Shown here: positions 59,353-64,000 of the stretch, one piece after another
How the letters are laid out: each line of letters starts with the position of its first letter
Position numbering within the stretch: position 1 is the first letter of the stretch
Assembly (NCBI GenBank): GCA_048571215.1
Contig: CP182352.1
Coordinates: 2,944,001-3,008,000, forward strand
Reading direction: 5' to 3'
DNA from: Halarcobacter sp.
GTDB taxonomy: Bacteria > Campylobacterota > Campylobacteria > Campylobacterales > Arcobacteraceae
DNA length: 64,000 bases
Notes under the pieces: model-generated
What the model was told of the DNA's origin: nothing
Seen by the model: the letters and a program-made list of their open reading frames with translations, nothing else
The model's database searches: none
Program-made: the position numbers and the translations under genes

Positions 59353-59712
59353 TTATTTTGCTATTAACCTTCTCATCCAAATTGGAGGATTATCTTGCAT
59401 CTTTATTAGAGAGTTTAAAACATCCTCTATTTTTTCATTTTCTTTGCTAGCTTGCATTGGAAATATCTTACAAGACTTAACCATCATCGATGCTTTTGGT
59501 CCTATTTGTTGCACATATAAAATATCAGCATCTTCAATACACTCTATTTTATATGTTAATTTATCAATCTCATCTTCTATCTCTATAGAGGAATCAACCG
59601 ACTTTACAAATTTGTAAGAATCACCTATTATCTCATATATATAAAACTCTTTACACCAACCAAAGTGTTGATTAACATAAATATTATCTTGAGATGCAAA
59701 TGCAATTTTCAT
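59353..59712 (-). CDS. NifX/NifB-family FeMo-co precursor-binding protein
   Basis: MKIAFAS, VNQHFGW, QIGPKA, PPIWMRR. Confidence 0.85.
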   Translation of the reverse strand: MKIAFASQDNIYVNQHFGWCKEFYIYEIIGDSYKFVKSVDSSIEIEDEIDKLTYKIECIEDADILYVQQIGPKASMMVKSCKIFPMQASKENEKIEDVLNSLIKMQDNPPIWMRRLIAK

Positions 59713-60680
59713 AGTATAAATAACCTAACTTTTGGGTCTATAACTTTTTGCATAGTATCTGCAATCATAGAGTAAGTTCCAGTTGAAGCAATAGAACATC
59801 CAACACAGGCACCTTGATATGCCAGTCTTATCTCTATTTCTGGTTCATTTAAATAATCAATTAAAATCACATTTCCACCATCTTTTACCAAAATAGGTCG
59901 AATAAATCTATCTAAGGTATCATTTATAATCTCTAATTGTTTTTCTCTATCTTGTGCTCTAAAATGATCATTAAGTTCACATTGACTTGGTAACTCTTTG
60001 TCCATTCCTGTTAATTGAATATTTGCCATAGCATGACCATTTTTTGCAGCTTTTAACATACAATCAAAACCTTCTCTTACCCCATCAATATTTGTTCTAT
60101 CTTGAAGTTGCAATAAGGCCAATCTAAAAGCAGCTTGTGTATGATTTTTTCTTACTGCTCTTCTAAAATAATCTTTTGCTTTGTCCAAATCCTCTTCAAC
60201 ACCAATTTTAGTTTGATACATAAGTGCTAAATTGAAATTTGCTGAATCATTATCATACTCACTTGCTTTTTCAAACCAAGTTCTTGCAGTTTCAAAATCT
60301 TTTTCAACACCCTCACCTTTTAGATACATCAATCCAAGGTTTGCCATAGCTTGATCATTTTTAAACTTTACTTCTTCTTCCCAGATTTTTAATGCAGTTT
60401 CAAAATCTTTACTCTTATATGCTGCAAGTGCTTCTCTATGTCTCATAAATCTTCTTCCTTCTCCTGGTTTTGGTAATTCTCTTCCAGCTTTTAATTCTTT
60501 TTGTATATGCTCATACAAATATTCATAGGCTAACTCTATAGCTTCTTCATAATCCTCACTAGCAGCTTTAATATCAAAATCTAAAAACTCCACTAAAAAG
60601 GCATCTCCAACTTCGTGTTCTCCACTATAACACTCAAATGGATAATCTAAAGACTGGTAATAAGCTAAACTTTTTTCCAT
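59709..60680 (-). CDS. Fusion protein: HicB-like N-domain + Sel1 repeats + NifU C-terminal (Nfu) domain
   Basis: AMANLGLMYLKGEGVEKD Sel1 repeats; IRPILVKDGGNV...YQGACVGC; N-terminal FLVEFLDF...YEEAIELA...GRELPKP. Confidence 0.8.
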   Translation of the reverse strand: MEKSLAYYQSLDYPFECYSGEHEVGDAFLVEFLDFDIKAASEDYEEAIELAYEYLYEHIQKELKAGRELPKPGEGRRFMRHREALAAYKSKDFETALKIWEEEVKFKNDQAMANLGLMYLKGEGVEKDFETARTWFEKASEYDNDSANFNLALMYQTKIGVEEDLDKAKDYFRRAVRKNHTQAAFRLALLQLQDRTNIDGVREGFDCMLKAAKNGHAMANIQLTGMDKELPSQCELNDHFRAQDREKQLEIINDTLDRFIRPILVKDGGNVILIDYLNEPEIEIRLAYQGACVGCSIASTGTYSMIADTMQKVIDPKVRLFIL

Positions 60681-60681
60681 C

Positions 60682-61062
60682 TTAAAACTCTAAAGGCTTA
60701 TAATCTAATCTATCTTGCATATCAATAGATTCCCTAAAAGGTCTAGGTTGATTTGCAGGTGAAAAAATCCCTTTTTTCTTGTGTACTCTAATTTTATATA
60801 TACCTTCACTATTTCTATTTAGATAATATTCATCAAATTCTGAAGTATAAGGCATATCCCAAGCTATTGCTCCAGGTGTTGGACAAACATCAAAACACTT
60901 TGGTACTGAACAATCAACACACTCGATACACTTTTCAGGCTTTACATAAGTAAATTCTGGTTCATCTAAAGGTGAATCATCAGCACTAACTATTGCCATC
61001 GCTGGACACTCATCTACACATGCATCACAATTGATACACTCTTCTGTGATTATAATTGCCAT
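60682..61062 (-). CDS. 2[4Fe-4S] ferredoxin (FdxN-like) with C-terminal extension
   Basis: CINCDACVDECP and CIECVDCSVPKCFDVCP. Confidence 0.88.
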   Translation of the reverse strand: MAIIITEECINCDACVDECPAMAIVSADDSPLDEPEFTYVKPEKCIECVDCSVPKCFDVCPTPGAIAWDMPYTSEFDEYYLNRNSEGIYKIRVHKKKGIFSPANQPRPFRESIDMQDRLDYKPLEF

Positions 61063-61073
61063 AGTGTTTTAAC

Positions 61074-61460
61074 CTAGTTTGAACTACACTCACAACTACC
61101 AGTTGGAGTACCTGGGTCTAATAAAGACTCATAATTTGTTAAAGTAACCTCTTTACAACTATTTGATTTAACATCATTGTAAATATCTTCAAGAGTTAAA
61201 AACACTTTTGAAGAACTATATACTTTTATTTTGTTCTCATTTAAATGTTTATACACACCTTCACCCATATGGTAAAATATTGTACTCTTTGCTCCTGCTT
61301 CAATTACATATTTCGCAGTATCAAGGCCATTTCCACACCCTTTATTTTCAATAACTGAGAAACTTCCTGATTGAGAATCTAATAGGGCAAAAAAAGATGC
61401 ATTCCCATATAAATCCGAAATTGTTGTTGATGTACTATCGCTTAATGGTATCGCTATCAT
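61074..61460 (-). CDS. NifB/NifX-family cluster-binding protein
   Basis: MIAIPL...ISDLYGNASFF, HMGEG; C-terminal CEC; AAGGAG 6 nt before the ATG at 61460. Confidence 0.75.
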   Translation of the reverse strand: MIAIPLSDSTSTTISDLYGNASFFALLDSQSGSFSVIENKGCGNGLDTAKYVIEAGAKSTIFYHMGEGVYKHLNENKIKVYSSSKVFLTLEDIYNDVKSNSCKEVTLTNYESLLDPGTPTGSCECSSN

Positions 61461-61493
61461 TTTCATCTCCTTATTTAATATAATAAATACATA

Positions 61494-61509
61494 TGCATAA
61501 ATTATTCCA
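61494..61509 (-). promoter_or_regulatory. Sigma54 promoter of the 61460-58110 operon
   Basis: TGGAATAATTTATGCA (GG-N10-GC). Confidence 0.72.
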
Positions 61510-61614
61510 TTGATGGATTCTCTTTTATACAAAATATTCAAATATTCAGATTTTAATAAATATAAATAATTAATTATTTAATTTAAATCTATTATAAGTA
61601 TGATAAATGTAATT

Positions 61615-61630
61615 TGTTTAATTAAAAACA
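61615..61630. promoter_or_regulatory. NifA-type upstream activator sequence
   Basis: TGT-TTAATTAAAA-ACA (TGT-N10-ACA) about 105 bp upstream of the -24 box. Confidence 0.55.
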
Positions 61631-61641
61631 ATAATAGTTAT

Positions 61642-61899
61642 TTATTTATTATCTTTTTCAAAAAATTTTGTGATAGGGATTTCCAGCGCCTTTGATATTT
61701 TGTAAATATGTTCCAAATTAAAATGTTTATTATTAGTACTATTTTCTGCATAATTTAAAAATGCACTTCCTCTTTGCCCAATTATTAAGGCTAGTTCAAG
61801 CTGACTCATATTTCTTATTTTTCTATATTTTTTTACATTTCTAGAAATCAATTTATAAAATTTTTCAATTTCAGAGTCATCAACATTTGATGTGAACAT
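61642..61899 (-). CDS. XRE-family HTH regulator
   Basis: VKKYRKIRNMSQLELA...NLEHIYKISKALEIPI. Confidence 0.85.
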   Translation of the reverse strand: MFTSNVDDSEIEKFYKLISRNVKKYRKIRNMSQLELALIIGQRGSAFLNYAENSTNNKHFNLEHIYKISKALEIPITKFFEKDNK

Positions 61900-62143
61900 G
61901 GTTATTATCCTATAGGTTAAGTTTTATATAATAATATATAATGTAGAATGATATTTCAATTTCCTATGGGACAATAACCCATAGAGATATATCCTAATAT
62001 TAGTGATTTATTTTTTCACGAAAAATACTATTTTAAACTTAAAAATTTTATTTAATTATAATTTTAGCTAAGTATTTAGCTGATTTAATAAACATAAGAA
62101 CCTAAGATTCTTATATTTATTAAATCACAATGAAGGACAATTC

Positions 62144-64000
62144 ATGTTAAATAACATCACAATGAAAAAAAAGTTGCTAATATTTCCAATTTTATATGTA
62201 ATAATAGTGGCAATATCTAGTATGGTCTATATCCACTATAGTGGCATATCTGAAATAAGAAACAATGCAGCAATTGAAACAGATGGTTTTGTTCAAGATG
62301 TATTAGAAGCAAGAATTACAGTATATCAGTATCTAAGAACCCCCTCTATTGAAACAAAAGAGAAAGTGATAAAAAGTTTTTCTTTATTGAAAGAGGAAAT
62401 TAATAGTTTTAAAGAACACCTAACTGTAAAAGAAAATCAAGAAAAATGTTCAAATATAATCAATCTTATTGATCAATATCTTACTAGTTTTAATAGTTTC
62501 TCTTCAATTAGAATAGAAAATTATAAAAAAGGTATTATTAAAGAGTCTGCTGATATTGGGGAAAATATAACAAAAATGTCAAAAATAGGAATAATAATTC
62601 ATGATGAACTACACACAATCAATGATAGTGCAAAAGAGCTTAAGCATGATGCAATAAAAACTCTACAAACATCACTACTAATTTTATCAACTGTAGCAAT
62701 AGTTATATTTTTATTAATCACAGCTTTGATTTCAAAAAATATAATAAATTCATTGGATAACTTTAAAGAAGGGCTAATCTCATTTTTTAACTATATAAAT
62801 AAAAAAACTGAAAATGTAACTTTATTGGAAGAAAAAGGAAAAGATGAATTTGCTCATATGTCAAAGATAGTAAATGAAAATATAGTTCAAACTGAAAAAG
62901 CATTAAAAGAGGATGCAATTTTAATTGAAAATGTAAAAAGTATAGTTGAAGAGGTAAAAGCTGGTTATCTTTACAAAAAAATAGAACATGACACAAGTAA
63001 TGAAAATCTACACGAATTAAAGGTAATATTTAACCAAATGTTAGAAATCATGGCTGAAAATATTTGTGGAGATATGAATAAAATTCAAAATGCTCTAGTA
63101 ACATTTTCTCAATTAGATTTTAGACATAGAGTACCAAACCCAACTGGAAAAACTTCACAAGGTTTAAATCAATTAGCAAATATCATCAATGATATGTTAT
63201 TGGAAAACAAAAAAAATGGACTAATTCTACAAAGAAGTGCCAATGAACTATTAACAAATGTAGACTCTTTGAGTAGTGCTTCACATCAAGCAGCAGCATC
63301 TTTAGAGGAAACCTCAGCAGCACTAGAAGAGATTACAAGTAATATCTCAAGTAATACAGAAAATATTGTACAAATGTCAAATTTTGCCAATGATTTACAA
63401 AAATCAGCAAATTTAGGACAAAAACTTGCTAGTGAAACTACAGGTGCAATGGATGATATAAATGGACAAGTTACAGCTATCAATGAGGCTATCTCTGTTA
63501 TTGATCAAATTGCATTTCAAACAAATATTTTAAGTTTAAATGCAGCTGTAGAAGCAGCAACAGCAGGTGAAGCAGGAAAAGGTTTTGCGGTTGTTGCCCA
63601 AGAAGTACGTAATCTAGCTTCAAGAAGTGCAGAAGCTGCAAAAGAGATTAAATCATTAGTAGAAAATGCAACTTTAAAAGCAAATCTAGGTAAAAATATC
63701 TCAAATGATATGATAGAGGGGTATCACACCTTAAATGATAACATAAGCAAAACTTTAGAGTTAATAATAAATGTTGAAGGTACATCAAAAGAGCAATTAT
63801 TGGGTATAGAACAAATAAACAATGCAGTTGCTCAACTTGATCAACAAACACAATTAAATGCAAGTGTAGCAACAAAAGCAAAAGATATAGCAACCAATAC
63901 ACTAAATATTGCAAATATTGTTGTAAAAAATGCAGATGATAAAGAGTTTAATGGAAAAGATACAATTGTATTAAATGATGATATCTTAAATAATACAACT
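62144..64000 (+). CDS. Methyl-accepting chemotaxis protein (runs off window)
   Basis: AAGGA SD and ATG at 62144; two TM segments; [37 protein letters not shown]. Confidence 0.93.
   Translation, partial: MLNNITMKKKLLIFPILYVIIVAISSMVYIHYSGISEIRNNAAIETDGFVQDVLEARITVYQYLRTPSIETKEKVIKSFSLLKEEINSFKEHLTVKENQEKCSNIINLIDQYLTSFNSFSSIRIENYKKGIIKESADIGENITKMSKIGIIIHDELHTINDSAKELKHDAIKTLQTSLLILSTVAIVIFLLITALISKNIINSLDNFKEGLISFFNYINKKTENVTLLEEKGKDEFAHMSKIVNENIVQTEKALKEDAILIENVKSIVEEVKAGYLYKKIEHDTSNENLHELKVIFNQMLEIMAENICGDMNKIQNALVTFSQLDFRHRVPNPTGKTSQGLNQLANIINDMLLENKKNGLILQRSANELLTNVDSLSSASHQAAASLEETSAALEEITSNISSNTENIVQMSNFANDLQKSANLGQKLASETTGAMDDINGQVTAINEAISVIDQIAFQTNILSLNAAVEAATAGEAGKGFAVVAQEVRNLASRSAEAAKEIKSLVENATLKANLGKNISNDMIEGYHTLNDNISKTLELIINVEGTSKEQLLGIEQINNAVAQLDQQTQLNASVATKAKDIATNTLNIANIVVKNADDKEFNGKDTIVLNDDILNNTT

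Noticed and set aside
1..64000. CRISPR array, rRNA or prophage
   Set aside because: No regularly spaced repeats, rRNA-like sequence or phage structural genes were seen

Overview
This is a very AT-rich bacterial chromosomal window. Gene content and order point to Campylobacterota, probably Arcobacter-like (inference). Two near-consensus parS sites and a possible third suggest it lies near the replication origin. Most of it is housekeeping: lutAB, accBC, a DEAD-box helicase, a PiT transporter, asnB, tRNA-Val(GAC), the rsmA-rnj-kdsD-rluB-rarA-hemJ-phoH run, hisF, rlmN, gltX, a phosphomannomutase, nrdAB and purB. Accessory content includes: (1) an IS256 element with both ends, an 8-bp target duplication and a frameshifted transposase; (2) an orphan Phd/YefM-like gene with palindromic operators heading an anchor-less SdhA/FrdA-SdhB/FrdB pair that lacks the FAD-linking His; (3) a Cus/Crd-type copper efflux operon with a divergent two-component system; (4) a decayed islet after nrdB holding an ERIC-like 120-bp palindrome, an Abi-like remnant, a Schlafen/AlbA_2-GHKL protein and an ORF6N remnant; and (5) a sigma54-type nitrogen-fixation accessory cluster (nifB, nifV, nifQ, NifX-family genes, ferredoxin, flavodiiron protein) with unusual partners: a HicB-like/Sel1/NifU-C fusion, a canonical LRR protein and a GNAT-like protein. 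No nifHDK, rRNA or CRISPR array was seen. All calls come from reading the sequence by eye; no searches were run.
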